64,000 nucleotides of DNA, taken from NCBI GenBank assembly GCA_043775315.1, contig JAYVSO010000125.1, positions 78,670-142,669 of the forward strand, in the 5' to 3' direction. Under the pieces are notes generated by a model. The model was not told the DNA's origin, did not search any database, and saw only the letters and a program-made list of their open reading frames with translations. Source of the stretch: Verrucomicrobiota bacterium. GTDB lineage: Bacteria; Verrucomicrobiota; Verrucomicrobiia; Limisphaerales; CANJSG01. Below are positions 50,601-59,291 of this stretch, in pieces (position 1 is the stretch's first letter; every line of letters begins with the position of its first letter). The position numbers were made by a program, and so were the translations under genes.

Positions 50601-53114
50601 GACCTCGACGGCTCGCGCATTTTCTCCGTGCTGGCCGAGACGCATCTCGCCCTGCAACGCGCGCGATTCCGCCCCGAAGCGCGGGCTTGCGCGGTGGTTT
50701 ACTGGAGCCGCTTCTGCCCCGCTGAAACCCGCACGCTCTGGACTGCCAAGCTTGCGGCTTTCGGCGAACGCAACCGGCTCTTCCCCGGCGATCCGGTGCA
50801 GCAGGACTACGTCGCCGCGCTCCAGAAACTCATCGGCGAGTTCCTGAAAACCCAGCCGCTCTATCCCGAGACGCTGTCCGCCGAAGCCGGCGAATACCTG
50901 TTCCACGAGCTGAGCGACGGCGAGACCTTCACCGTCACCCGCGAAGCCGACCACTTTGCCACGGCGTTCCAGCAACACCTCGTCGCCAAGGGCCGCGACG
51001 ACACCTTCGCCGCCGCCCGCGCCGCCTTGAACAGGCATCCTTCCAGCGAGCTGGAACTCGTGCGCGACTGGGTGAAGGGATTCCTGCTTTCGCAGGTGGG
51101 TGCGGCTGCGCTGCGGCCGAACGCCGAGTCGCAGCGCGACTCGGCCCACCACACGTCGCATCTCGAAGAAACCACCGCCATCCTCTTCTGCGGCGACGCC
51201 CTGCCGCGCGCGGCCGTCCATGCCGAATCCCGCCGCGTGCTCGAAGCCATGCGCGGCGCGCATCCGCGCATCGAGGTCAGCCGCTACACCTTCGACTACC
51301 TCGACTTTACCGCGCGCCTGCGCCGTTTCGAGACCGAGGCCGCACCGCGCTTCGAGGCGTATCACCGGATCAAGGGGCAGTTGCTCGACCGCGAACGCAA
51401 GCGGCTCCGGCTCGACGAATTCAAGCCGCGCGTCCTCTCGTCCTTCGTCCGCAACCAGCTCACCGACCGCGTCTATCTCCCGATGGTCGGCGACAACCTC
51501 GCCAAGCAGATCGGCGCGGCCGGCGCGGCCAAGCGGACGGATCTGATGGGCCTGTTGCTCCTCATTTCGCCGCCCGGCTACGGCAAGACCACGCTGCTGG
51601 AATACGTCGCCAGCCGGCTCGGCATCGTCTTCGTGAAGATCAACGGCCCGGCCATCGGCCACGCCGTCACCTCGCTTGATCCCGAGGAGGCGCCCAACGC
51701 CGCCGCCCGCGAGGAGATCTCCAAGCTGAACCTCGCGCTGGAGATGGGCGACAACGCGTTGATCTGCATCGACGACATCCAGCACTGCAACCCGGAGTTC
51801 CTCCAGAAGTTCATCTCCCTCTGCGACGGCCAGCGGAAGATCGAGGGCGTCTGGCGCAAGCAGTCCCGCACCTATGACCTGCGCGGCCGCAAGGTCGTCG
51901 TGGTCATGGCGGGCAATCCCTACACCGAGAGCGGGCTGAAGTTCAAAATCCCCGACATGCTCGCGAACCGCGCCGACACCTACAACCTGGGCGACATCAT
52001 CGGTGGCAACGCCGAATGGTTCCGCGCCAGTTACCTCGAAAACGCCGTCACCTCCAACGCCACCCTCGCCCCGCTCGCCGTCCGCAGCCAGGGCGACATC
52101 CGCGCCTTCATCCGCATGGCCGAGACGGGCCAGCGCACCGCCGAGGGATTGGAGGGAACCTATTCCGCGCAGGAGCTGGACGAAGTGCTCTCCGTGTTGA
52201 AGAAACTCGTCGCCGTCCGCGACGTCGTCATGCGGGTGAACGAGGAATACATCGCCTCCGCCGGCCAGGCCGACGAGTTCCGGACCGAGCCCGCGTTCAA
52301 GCTCCAAGGCTCCTACCGCAACATGAACCGCCTCGCGGAGAAGGTCGTCGCCATCATGGACGACGACGAAGTCCGCGCGCTCGTCGTCGTCCATTACCGG
52401 GGCGAATCCCAGACGCTGACCACCGGGGCCGAGGCGAACCTGCTCCGCTTCAAGGAACTCATCGGCGAACTCAAACCCGACGAAGCCGCGCGTTGGGCGG
52501 ACATCAAGAAGACCTTCAAACGAAACCAGTTCACCCGGGGCGTGGACCCGGGCGATCCAGTCGGCCGCCTGGTGGCCCAGCTCGCGCAGTTCCAGGCCGG
52601 GCTCGAATCTATCCAGACCACGCTCGCCAGCGCCGCCGCGCGGTCGAAGGAACCCGTCGTGCTCGATGTCAGCTCGCTCGGCCAGAGCCTCGAATCGCTC
52701 CGCACCACGCTCGAAGACCGTCTCACCCGCGTCATCGCGGCGACGACCCCTCCCGCCGCCGCGCCTGCCTCGACCGCCGGCCTGGAGAAGATCGGCGCGC
52801 AGCTTGGGGAGGGGTTGAAAGCCTTGGGTGAAGATCTCCGCCGTAACGCCGGCGTCGTCCACGACGCGGCCATCACGGGCAAGATCGACAGCCTCTCGCA
52901 TGAGCTGGAGATGATCCACAGCACCATGGCGTCGTTGAAGGATCTAGCCACGCAGCAGCGCGACCATCTCCGCACCGCCGAGGAACTCCTCGCCACCCGG
53001 GCCAAGCAGGGCACGGTGGAAGTGGAGCTGACGCAGGAGATGCTCAGCAACGAACGCGTATTCATGGAACGCTTCCAACAGGTGCTCGACGACGCGCAGA
53101 AGCCGAAGACGTGA
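47691..53114 (+). CDS. Giant (1807 aa) uncharacterised protein with MoxR/AAA_5-like ATPase module in C-terminal quarter and multiple coiled-coil segments
   Basis: ATG at 47691 follows the REPIN. Continuous ORF with coding-like composition. Walker A ISPPGYGKTT (nt 51576-51593), Walker B ALICIDDIQH, sensor-like VVVMAGNPY. The N-terminal ~480 aa and the middle region have no recognised motif. Coiled coil at ~490-800 and 1650-1800. Confidence 0.7.
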   Translation: MADPTPPAQPSATAPSALVGATYEIIRQRLATNSSTLRERMGKLDARRQEVFGRIESKLLQADRVTTAHNCMPRDMVPLGHGRFLFAFNVRFGLKKEMDLADVFAIYRRDEATGGFKEESLEPLQDKQFVTDFKRLYNVYEKTAFRKFAVIGGNLYAKFGTGASLNDYAVFKWAFNDGNLRYLDGRSEAEYRRVGYPPTHDFRWQTPDRESYRYGDHPHVSIAERVFVECVGGDLTIKVEDNTATGEGIYSESVDDRHQKVDDAEIAFAELDHLILLKVRPYKETAARFFIFNEKLRSVVRVDSIGDACVRLPEEHGLIFPDGYYLGTGELKRFDAKETGLILERVVHSPNGEDSLYVFHGRASGEHVLLPYRLIEQKVEERIACHGFALFPNGQLILFRADDVPQKHHQIQLRQTPFYQLGFEPSGQKDAFLYQVGNKDVVRCLAECNEVLTLAGKDTPYAELYSDLVRRCTAMLDAYPWLTSPDGFQINDALQQLREIADKAVDEFAKVRRLQHEAVLRIADVKKRCEERFQAARRAAFSKLEDFVHNLAALRHLRGELIITREVRYIDLAALDTLEKAVIAQLAELSALCVKFLLKPEALEPYRKQAAEHLAAVDKVAKVADGRKLEKAVADAGGELEMLIEIVNSLKIDDATETTRIIDSVTAVYSTLNQVKAALKKHLQALVATEGAAQFNAQLKLLGQSASSYLDLCDTPEKCDEYLNRLTVQLEEMEGAFAGFDEYTVQLSDRRTEFYEAFEQRKIALVEQRNKRAGALLTAAERILKVIQNRLAGFKALEEIHTYMASDLMTAKVRETIEQLLELGDSVKADDLQGRLKTVQQDAVRQLKDRQDLFVDGTSVIQLGKHKFNVNTQPLDLTIVQREGQPHFHLTSTKYFDPITDTDYLATRQVWDQEVISENADVYRAEYLAWQMMNASKLEDFLARPEDQRLAAVQAFMAARYQDGYTKGLHDLDGSRIFSVLAETHLALQRARFRPEARACAVVYWSRFCPAETRTLWTAKLAAFGERNRLFPGDPVQQDYVAALQKLIGEFLKTQPLYPETLSAEAGEYLFHELSDGETFTVTREADHFATAFQQHLVAKGRDDTFAAARAALNRHPSSELELVRDWVKGFLLSQVGAAALRPNAESQRDSAHHTSHLEETTAILFCGDALPRAAVHAESRRVLEAMRGAHPRIEVSRYTFDYLDFTARLRRFETEAAPRFEAYHRIKGQLLDRERKRLRLDEFKPRVLSSFVRNQLTDRVYLPMVGDNLAKQIGAAGAAKRTDLMGLLLLISPPGYGKTTLLEYVASRLGIVFVKINGPAIGHAVTSLDPEEAPNAAAREEISKLNLALEMGDNALICIDDIQHCNPEFLQKFISLCDGQRKIEGVWRKQSRTYDLRGRKVVVVMAGNPYTESGLKFKIPDMLANRADTYNLGDIIGGNAEWFRASYLENAVTSNATLAPLAVRSQGDIRAFIRMAETGQRTAEGLEGTYSAQELDEVLSVLKKLVAVRDVVMRVNEEYIASAGQADEFRTEPAFKLQGSYRNMNRLAEKVVAIMDDDEVRALVVVHYRGESQTLTTGAEANLLRFKELIGELKPDEAARWADIKKTFKRNQFTRGVDPGDPVGRLVAQLAQFQAGLESIQTTLASAAARSKEPVVLDVSSLGQSLESLRTTLEDRLTRVIAATTPPAAAPASTAGLEKIGAQLGEGLKALGEDLRRNAGVVHDAAITGKIDSLSHELEMIHSTMASLKDLATQQRDHLRTAEELLATRAKQGTVEVELTQEMLSNERVFMERFQQVLDDAQKPKT
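51102..51150. repeat. Compound palindromic element, in-frame inside the giant ORF
   Basis: GCGGCTGCGCTGCGGCCGAACGCCGAGTCGCAGCGCGACTCGGCCCACC, ~42 nt identical to 34386..34434. Translates as AAALRPNAESQRDSAHH. Confidence 0.6.
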
Positions 53115-53182
53115 ACCACGAATGGACACGAATCCATTCCGGGTAGCCGCCGACGCGAGGAGGTGGAGCGCGTTCTTTCTTC

Positions 53183-53394
53183 AGGCGCGGAGCGCCGACA
53201 GAAAGTAGCCCACAGCGTGAGCCGTGGGTCAGCGATGCCCGAAACTCCCCAGCCCCGGAGGGGCGGCAGAAGGTTTCGCTGGCTCCTGGGTCAGCTCGTT
53301 CTTTCGCCCCTCCGGGGCTCGTCCGGTTTCCCATCGCAACCCACGGCTCACGCTGTGGGCTACTTTCTGCCGCGCCTCCGGCGCTTTAACCCCG
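53183..53394. mobile_element. REPIN-like element copy 5 (3' of giant ORF)
   Basis: CAGGCGCGGAGCGCCGACAGAAAGTAGCCCACAGCGTGAGCCGTGGGT ... ACCCACGGCTCACGCTGTGGGCTACTTTCTGCCGCGCCTCC. ~90% identical to copy 3. Confidence 0.75.
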
Positions 53395-53628
53395 CGGGCA
53401 TCCGCAGTCCGGGCCATTTCGTCGTCCCGACTCAGCCGGGCTCATGCAGTTGAAGGCCGAGCCGCGAAGCGGCTGCTCCAGGGTAGGGCAGTGCATCTTG
53501 CCTGCCCACGGCGCTGCCGGCATGGAACCAAACGGTGCGGGCGTATCAGGACATCGGACAGTGCGGATACCCTTGCCAGCACGGGGCAGGCTGGAAGCCC
53601 GCCCTACCTTCTACTGCATGAGTCCGAC

Positions 53629-56600
53629 TCAGAAGTCGTGCTTGTGCTCCTGGGCTCCGGCTTTCGGGAGGTTGGCCACGGGGTTGGCCAGGAGGTAGGC
53701 GTCCACGTCCTTTGTGACGACGAGACGGCCCCACATCATCTGGTAGTGATCGGGGAACGTGCAGACGTATTCGTAGTCACCCGGAGTCGTGGGGGCCGTG
53801 ATCTTGAGGGTCACGCGCTGGCCCGCTTCAATCGACTTGGTTGCGGCCAAGATGTCCGTTGAATCCGGCACGAAAGCCCGGCCGGAACGATCCAGCTTGT
53901 CGGGCGTCATCGTCGCGGAGGCTTTGCCGACGGCCTCGCGGGCACCGGGTTTCACCACGACGAGATTGTGCGGCATGAAGTCGTCGTTCTCGACGATGAT
54001 CTCGAAGGCCTTGCCGGCCTCCACGACGATGCGCGGGGTGTCGTAGCGCATCTGCTCGCGCACGGTGCGGACGACGTAGACGTCGACGCGGTAGGCCTTC
54101 AACTCCTTGCGCAAGGCACCGGCCTGGTCGGCCGGGAGCAATCCGGAAAGGTCGTTCGCCACCTGCACGGTTTCGACGTAATCCTGCGACGTGCGCTGGC
54201 CGACAGGGACCGTCTTGGCCCAGCCGAGCAACGACGTCGCCACGGCGCCGCCGGCCGGCTTGGGCCAGGTGTCACGGGGAAGGGCCCGGATGCCCTGTGC
54301 GGCGGCGACGATCTGCTCGCCCTTGCCGATGAGGCCGCCCAGCGCGGTGAACACGGCAGCGGGCTCGCGGCCCATGCTGACGGCCGCGCGGATCGCGGCG
54401 CGTTGGAGGCTGCCGATGGAGTCGTTGCCGACGGCGAGGGCCACGTTCACATCGGGAGCCGGAACACCTGTCTTGCGGTGGACTTCGCCACGGTTTCCGT
54501 CGAGCACGGTGAGCGTGAAGCCTTCGAGGCGTTTGCCGAGCTCGCCGTCACGGCGGTTCCAGACGGTGATCGAATCGATAGCGTAGTCCGCGCCGAGATC
54601 GAGTTCCCACCAGGGATTCCGCTCGTTCTCGTTCGTGTGGGTCTGGGTGCCGGTGTCCGAGTAGGCCCCTTCGGTGCGGCCGTCGATGGCCCTGGAAGCA
54701 ACGCCGTTGTTGGACGTGCTGGACTGTGTGGCTTTGCCGCCGAGAGCGACGTTCCGGCCACCGCTGGCCACCTGCACTTCGGCCAAGGTCAACGTGCCGC
54801 GGCGGGGAAGTTCGATCCGGACGAAACGACCCTTCGCGCCGGCGTTGGCTTTGGCCGCGGCGACGAGGTCGGCGGGAAGAGCCGAAAGAAGCGGTTTCAC
54901 ACGGTCGTAGGCCTTGCCGCGGATCTCGGGATCCACGATCAGCGGAATGCCGGAGAGCAATTCAGCGAGGGTCGCGGCCGACTTCTCGGCGTCGGCCCAG
55001 ACCTTGTCGAAGCCGCCGTCGGTGGTCACGAGCGTGGCCCAACCGTAGTGCCGGACGGCCGGGGTCCGGCCAGAGGAGGCGAGTTTCGCGAGCCGATCAC
55101 GGAAGGACTTCAGCTCCGTCGCAGGCTGCGTCGGCAGGAGGCTGGCGAGCACCGCGACCGAAGATGCGTCCGCCGCATCGATCGACGCGAAGAGTTCGGT
55201 GAGCCGGGTGGATTTGCGGATCTTGGCCAAGCCGTCGAGGGCTTCGATACGGTCGTTGGCCGACGCGTCAGCCCGCTTGAGGATGCCGGCAAGGACGTTC
55301 TCGGTCTTCGGCACCTTGAGCAGTTCGGGCGTGGTCAATCCGCCGACGAGGTAGTTCAAGCCGGCCGGGTTGCCCGAGCTGATCGGCTTTCCCGACGCGA
55401 TGGCCTTGCGCCAGACGGGATCCAACTGGCGGAGCGTCTCCTTCAGCGTGTAGTCGAGGTAGTAGTCGGTCGGGGACTTCAACGCGGCCAACGCGACGTC
55501 GGCGGCTTCGGAGACGTTGAAGAAGCTCGCGGCGCGGACGGCTTCAAGACGGACGCGCGGATGGGCGTCTTCGGCGAGTTTGCCGAAAAGCGAGAGGGCA
55601 TCGGGCACACGGTCGCGCCAGTAGCAGAGCACGCGGGCCGCAGCGGCGCGCGCCCGGTAGTCGGACGAGGTGAGCATCCGGTTGAGGAATCCGGCATCGA
55701 CGCTGTTGTGCCACTGGTGGACCCACAGGGCCTCCATCATCTGGTGCTCATACTCCTTGTCGGACTTGTCCAAGCTGGAGGCCCACTTCTTGGTCGCGGC
55801 GATGACCTTGGCGCTGTCGTGTTTGGAAAGCTCCACCTTGGCGAGTTCGCGAACGCCGTTCTCCGGCTCCTTCAGAAGTTCGAGCAACGCTTCGACCGGC
55901 TGGCCGTCGATCTTCTTCGGCGTCAGCAGCGGGCGGCCCTCGTAGGTGATGCGATAGATGCGGCCAAGTCCCACGGCGCGGTTTGGGTCGCGGAGGTGGT
56001 GTTGCAAGTGGCCGATGATCGTGTTGTGCCAATCGGTGAAGTAGAGTGCGCCGTCGGGTCCGGTGCTGATCGACGAGGGACGGAAGTTCGGGTCGCTGGA
56101 GGAAACCAGATTCTCGAGAGTCTCCCCCTTCAGGCCGGAGCCTTCCTCGTCGACCTTCACGCGGAAGATGCCCTGGAAGCCGATGACATTCAGGTTGAGG
56201 AAATTCCCCTGGAACTCGTCGGGGAAGTGACGGCTGGAGATGATGCCGGTGCCAGGACAGGGCCGCGACGGGCGGTTCCAAAACTCCTTCATGCCGGCGT
56301 GCTTCGCCGGGTAGTCGATGCGTCCACTGAAGGCCGCGCCGAAGTAGGTGTTGTTGCCCGTGGCGTCGGTCACGAAGTCATTGCCCCAGCGGTCGAAGAC
56401 GCGGCCATGGGGATTCGCGAAGCCGTAGGAGATGTAGGTCTCGAACTTCGCGGTCAACGGCTCGTAGCGGTAGATGGCGGCGTCGTTGTTGCGGACGGGG
56501 CCGCTGGCGGTCTCGACCTGCGTGCGGTGGAAGACACCGTCGCTGAGATAGATCGCGCCGCCGGGGTCATGGCAGATGGCGTTCGCCGTGTGGTGCGAGT

Positions 56601-58086
56601 CGGCCGAGTCCATGCCCATGAGCACGCGCTCGCGGGTGTCGGCCTTGCCGTCGCCATTGGTATCACGGACGAACCACACGTCCGGAGCCTGCACGACGAG
56701 CACGCCGTCCTTGTGGAACTGGAAGCCGGTCGGGGCGTTCAAGTCGTCGAGGAACTTGGTCATCTTGTCGGCCTTGCCGTCGCCATCCGTGTCCTCGAAG
56801 ACGAGGAGGCTGTCGCCCTCCTTGCTCCAGGGCGTGCGTTCGGGGTAGTTGCGCCACACGGCGACCCAGAGGCGGCCCTTGGCATCCCAGGCCGATTGGA
56901 CCGGGTTGATGAGTTCGGGGAACTGTTTCTCGTCGGCGAAGAGGTTCACCTTCATGCCGGAGTGGATGGTCATCTTGGCGATCGCTTCCTGGCCGTTGAG
57001 GAAGACATGCGAACCATCTTCCTTCGGACCGGGCTTGTTGGTTGGAACCGGAGCGACGGGCGGAAGGTTGTCATCGATCACGACCAGGTCGCCGCCGCCA
57101 GCCACGGCCCAGACGCGCTTCTCGCGATTGGCCGTCATGACATCGCGCACGGCCATCTCCTGTTGCATGACCTTGTAGTTGGACGTGTAGGGCGCGGGCG
57201 CCTGCCGGTCCGAAATGGAACCGCCCTTGCCCGGAAGATACGCCATGGCGGAACGGCCGCCGTAGACGTTGTAGCCGTCGATCGTGCGGTAGCGGGAATG
57301 CCACATCGCGTTCTTCTCGTTGATGGCGGTGCGGAGCTTTTCGAAACTGGAGGAGGGGCCTTCCGCGCCGGACGCCGGAGCGGCTTCACCGACGAGCCCC
57401 TGGTAGATGACGGACGCGAGGGCCTTGTCACCGGCCTCGCCGAGGAGAAACCCATTGATCGTGAGCGACGCGCCCTGGGCGGCAGCGGCGGCGTAAAGCT
57501 GCTGGCTGGGCTTGAACAGGCCGATGAAGGGAACGCCGTTCGCCTTGGCGACTTCAGCCATCGCGGCCGAATACAGAACAAGGTTGGCGTTGGCCGGAGC
57601 GGGATCGGCGAAGTTCGAGTCGCGATGCTTCTCGGCGGCGATGGGCGAGAAGAGGACGATCCGAGGCGAACCTTTGCCGGAATAGTTCTTCGCCTTCGAC
57701 TCCTTGATCCACTTGTCGAGATCCGCCCGGAACTTCACCAGACCAGCCTCACCCTGGAACGATTCGTTGTAGCCGAAGAACGCGAGGATCACGTCGGCCT
57801 TGACCCGGGTGAGCCAATCGTCGGGCGTTCCGAAATTCTCCGAACGATGCCGCGTGACCACTTCATCGCCAGACGCGGCGAGATTGCGGAAGACGAGTTG
57901 GTGCTTGGGGAATTTGGTCAGGAGCAGCGTCTCCAGATAGCCGGTGTGCTGCATCCGGTCGGGCAAGGCATTGCCGATGAGGGCGACGTGATCGCCGGCA
58001 TTCAGGGTGATCGCCGCCGAGGACTGCCCGTGTGCCGGCCGGACCAAGGTCAGGGCGACCAGGAGTGAGAGGATGAAGATGCGCAT
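53629..58086 (-). CDS. Secreted 1485-aa multidomain protein: SGNH-hydrolase-like N-terminus, glucose/sorbosone-dehydrogenase-type beta-propeller, HEAT repeats, F5/8 type C (discoidin) domain and C-terminal cupredoxin (azurin-like) domain
   Basis: Signal peptide MRIFILSLLVALTLVRPAHG. NPWWELDLGADYAIDSITVWNRRDGELGKRLEGFTL (discoidin). C-terminal GDYEYVCTFPDHYQMMWGRLVV matches the azurin/plastocyanin Cu site (C, H, M). Confidence 0.7.
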   Translation of the reverse strand: MRIFILSLLVALTLVRPAHGQSSAAITLNAGDHVALIGNALPDRMQHTGYLETLLLTKFPKHQLVFRNLAASGDEVVTRHRSENFGTPDDWLTRVKADVILAFFGYNESFQGEAGLVKFRADLDKWIKESKAKNYSGKGSPRIVLFSPIAAEKHRDSNFADPAPANANLVLYSAAMAEVAKANGVPFIGLFKPSQQLYAAAAAQGASLTINGFLLGEAGDKALASVIYQGLVGEAAPASGAEGPSSSFEKLRTAINEKNAMWHSRYRTIDGYNVYGGRSAMAYLPGKGGSISDRQAPAPYTSNYKVMQQEMAVRDVMTANREKRVWAVAGGGDLVVIDDNLPPVAPVPTNKPGPKEDGSHVFLNGQEAIAKMTIHSGMKVNLFADEKQFPELINPVQSAWDAKGRLWVAVWRNYPERTPWSKEGDSLLVFEDTDGDGKADKMTKFLDDLNAPTGFQFHKDGVLVVQAPDVWFVRDTNGDGKADTRERVLMGMDSADSHHTANAICHDPGGAIYLSDGVFHRTQVETASGPVRNNDAAIYRYEPLTAKFETYISYGFANPHGRVFDRWGNDFVTDATGNNTYFGAAFSGRIDYPAKHAGMKEFWNRPSRPCPGTGIISSRHFPDEFQGNFLNLNVIGFQGIFRVKVDEEGSGLKGETLENLVSSSDPNFRPSSISTGPDGALYFTDWHNTIIGHLQHHLRDPNRAVGLGRIYRITYEGRPLLTPKKIDGQPVEALLELLKEPENGVRELAKVELSKHDSAKVIAATKKWASSLDKSDKEYEHQMMEALWVHQWHNSVDAGFLNRMLTSSDYRARAAAARVLCYWRDRVPDALSLFGKLAEDAHPRVRLEAVRAASFFNVSEAADVALAALKSPTDYYLDYTLKETLRQLDPVWRKAIASGKPISSGNPAGLNYLVGGLTTPELLKVPKTENVLAGILKRADASANDRIEALDGLAKIRKSTRLTELFASIDAADASSVAVLASLLPTQPATELKSFRDRLAKLASSGRTPAVRHYGWATLVTTDGGFDKVWADAEKSAATLAELLSGIPLIVDPEIRGKAYDRVKPLLSALPADLVAAAKANAGAKGRFVRIELPRRGTLTLAEVQVASGGRNVALGGKATQSSTSNNGVASRAIDGRTEGAYSDTGTQTHTNENERNPWWELDLGADYAIDSITVWNRRDGELGKRLEGFTLTVLDGNRGEVHRKTGVPAPDVNVALAVGNDSIGSLQRAAIRAAVSMGREPAAVFTALGGLIGKGEQIVAAAQGIRALPRDTWPKPAGGAVATSLLGWAKTVPVGQRTSQDYVETVQVANDLSGLLPADQAGALRKELKAYRVDVYVVRTVREQMRYDTPRIVVEAGKAFEIIVENDDFMPHNLVVVKPGAREAVGKASATMTPDKLDRSGRAFVPDSTDILAATKSIEAGQRVTLKITAPTTPGDYEYVCTFPDHYQMMWGRLVVTKDVDAYLLANPVANLPKAGAQEHKHDF

Positions 58087-58256
58087 GGTGTTCGCGATTA
58101 GAATTCTTACGGACGCAGAGCGTCGACCGTTTGTTCAGATGGGACTTCCCCACCCTGCCACAAGCACCCCGTCCAAGATCAATGGGAATTCCTGCGCGAC
58201 CGGGATTCGCCCGTCCCTCAAGGAATCATGGCGACGCGCTCCGGGACGTGCCCTTC

Positions 58257-59192
58257 TCAGAGCCTTTCCCAGCCTTTCCCTTCGTAGTCCGGCTTCGGGA
58301 ACAGGACCGGGTGGAACACTTCGGCGAGCATTTCGACGGAATCGACCAACCTCGGCCCGGGCCGATTGAAGTAGGCGTCGCCGTCGACCAAGAACACCCG
58401 CTTGTCCTTTACCGCCCGCATTTGCCCCCAACCCGGCAGCCCTGTGAGGATGGCCAATTCGCGCCGCGTCCTGGCGATGTCGAATCCACAAGGCATGACC
58501 ACGATCACGTCGGGATCCGCCTTCGAAACGGCCGCCCAATCAACCCACGGCGAATGGGCTCCCCCGAACGACAGGAGGCTTGTTCCTCCAGCGAGTTCGA
58601 CGATGTCCGGGATCCAGTTCCCGGCGGTCATCAGGGGATCAAGCCATTCGAGGCAGACGACCTTGGGGCACTTGGCCAACTGGAAGACCCGGACGATCAC
58701 GTCTGCGACGCGGGTCTTCAACGACTGGATGTATTCGCGGCCGGAATCGGCCACACCAACGGCCTCGGCGACTTGCCGGAGGTCGGTCCACAGGTCGGTG
58801 AAGCGCTTCGGGCTCAGGGAAACGATCCTAGGCTGAAAACCGATCTCGGCGGCCAGGGCGGCCTCCACCTCGGGCAGCGACACGGCACAAACCTCGCACT
58901 GGGCCTGCGTCAACACGACGTCAGGCCGGAGACGACGCAGGAGCGGGACATCGATCTCGTAGAGCGAAAAGGCATCCTTGAGACGCTGTTTCACCTCGCG
59001 GTCGATGGCAGCGCTCGGGGCGTCCGCGTGGATCCGGGAGCGGGTGCAGACCGGCAGTCCGGCGATCTCGGGCGGGAAGTTGCACTCGTGCGACCGCCCC
59101 ACCAGAAGAGCCTGCATGCCGAGGCCGCAGACGATCTCCGTGCAGCTTGGCAACAGGGAGACCACGCGGGTCAGCGGCGGAGACGGCGTCAT
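58257..59192 (-). CDS. BtuF/FepB-like (class III) ABC substrate-binding protein homolog lacking a signal peptide
   Basis: VVSLLPSCTEIVCGLG...VGRSHECNFP pattern of cobalamin/siderophore binding proteins. No N-terminal hydrophobic signal. Confidence 0.55.
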   Translation of the reverse strand: MTPSPPLTRVVSLLPSCTEIVCGLGMQALLVGRSHECNFPPEIAGLPVCTRSRIHADAPSAAIDREVKQRLKDAFSLYEIDVPLLRRLRPDVVLTQAQCEVCAVSLPEVEAALAAEIGFQPRIVSLSPKRFTDLWTDLRQVAEAVGVADSGREYIQSLKTRVADVIVRVFQLAKCPKVVCLEWLDPLMTAGNWIPDIVELAGGTSLLSFGGAHSPWVDWAAVSKADPDVIVVMPCGFDIARTRRELAILTGLPGWGQMRAVKDKRVFLVDGDAYFNRPGPRLVDSVEMLAEVFHPVLFPKPDYEGKGWERL

Positions 59193-59291
59193 GGCCAGAC
59201 GAAATCAGGCCTGCCCGACGGGAAGCAAGACCGCGATGCAGCCGATCAACCTCCACAAACCTTGTGCTTCATCGAATCCCGATTCGGCGCG

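Noticed and set aside
36858-53394. Possibility that the repeated ~200-bp elements form a CRISPR array
   Set aside because: The copies are 0.8-6 kb apart and are not regularly spaced with short unique spacers. Each is an inverted-repeat doublet with a GTAG-headed hairpin, diagnostic of REP/REPIN elements. No cas genes are present.
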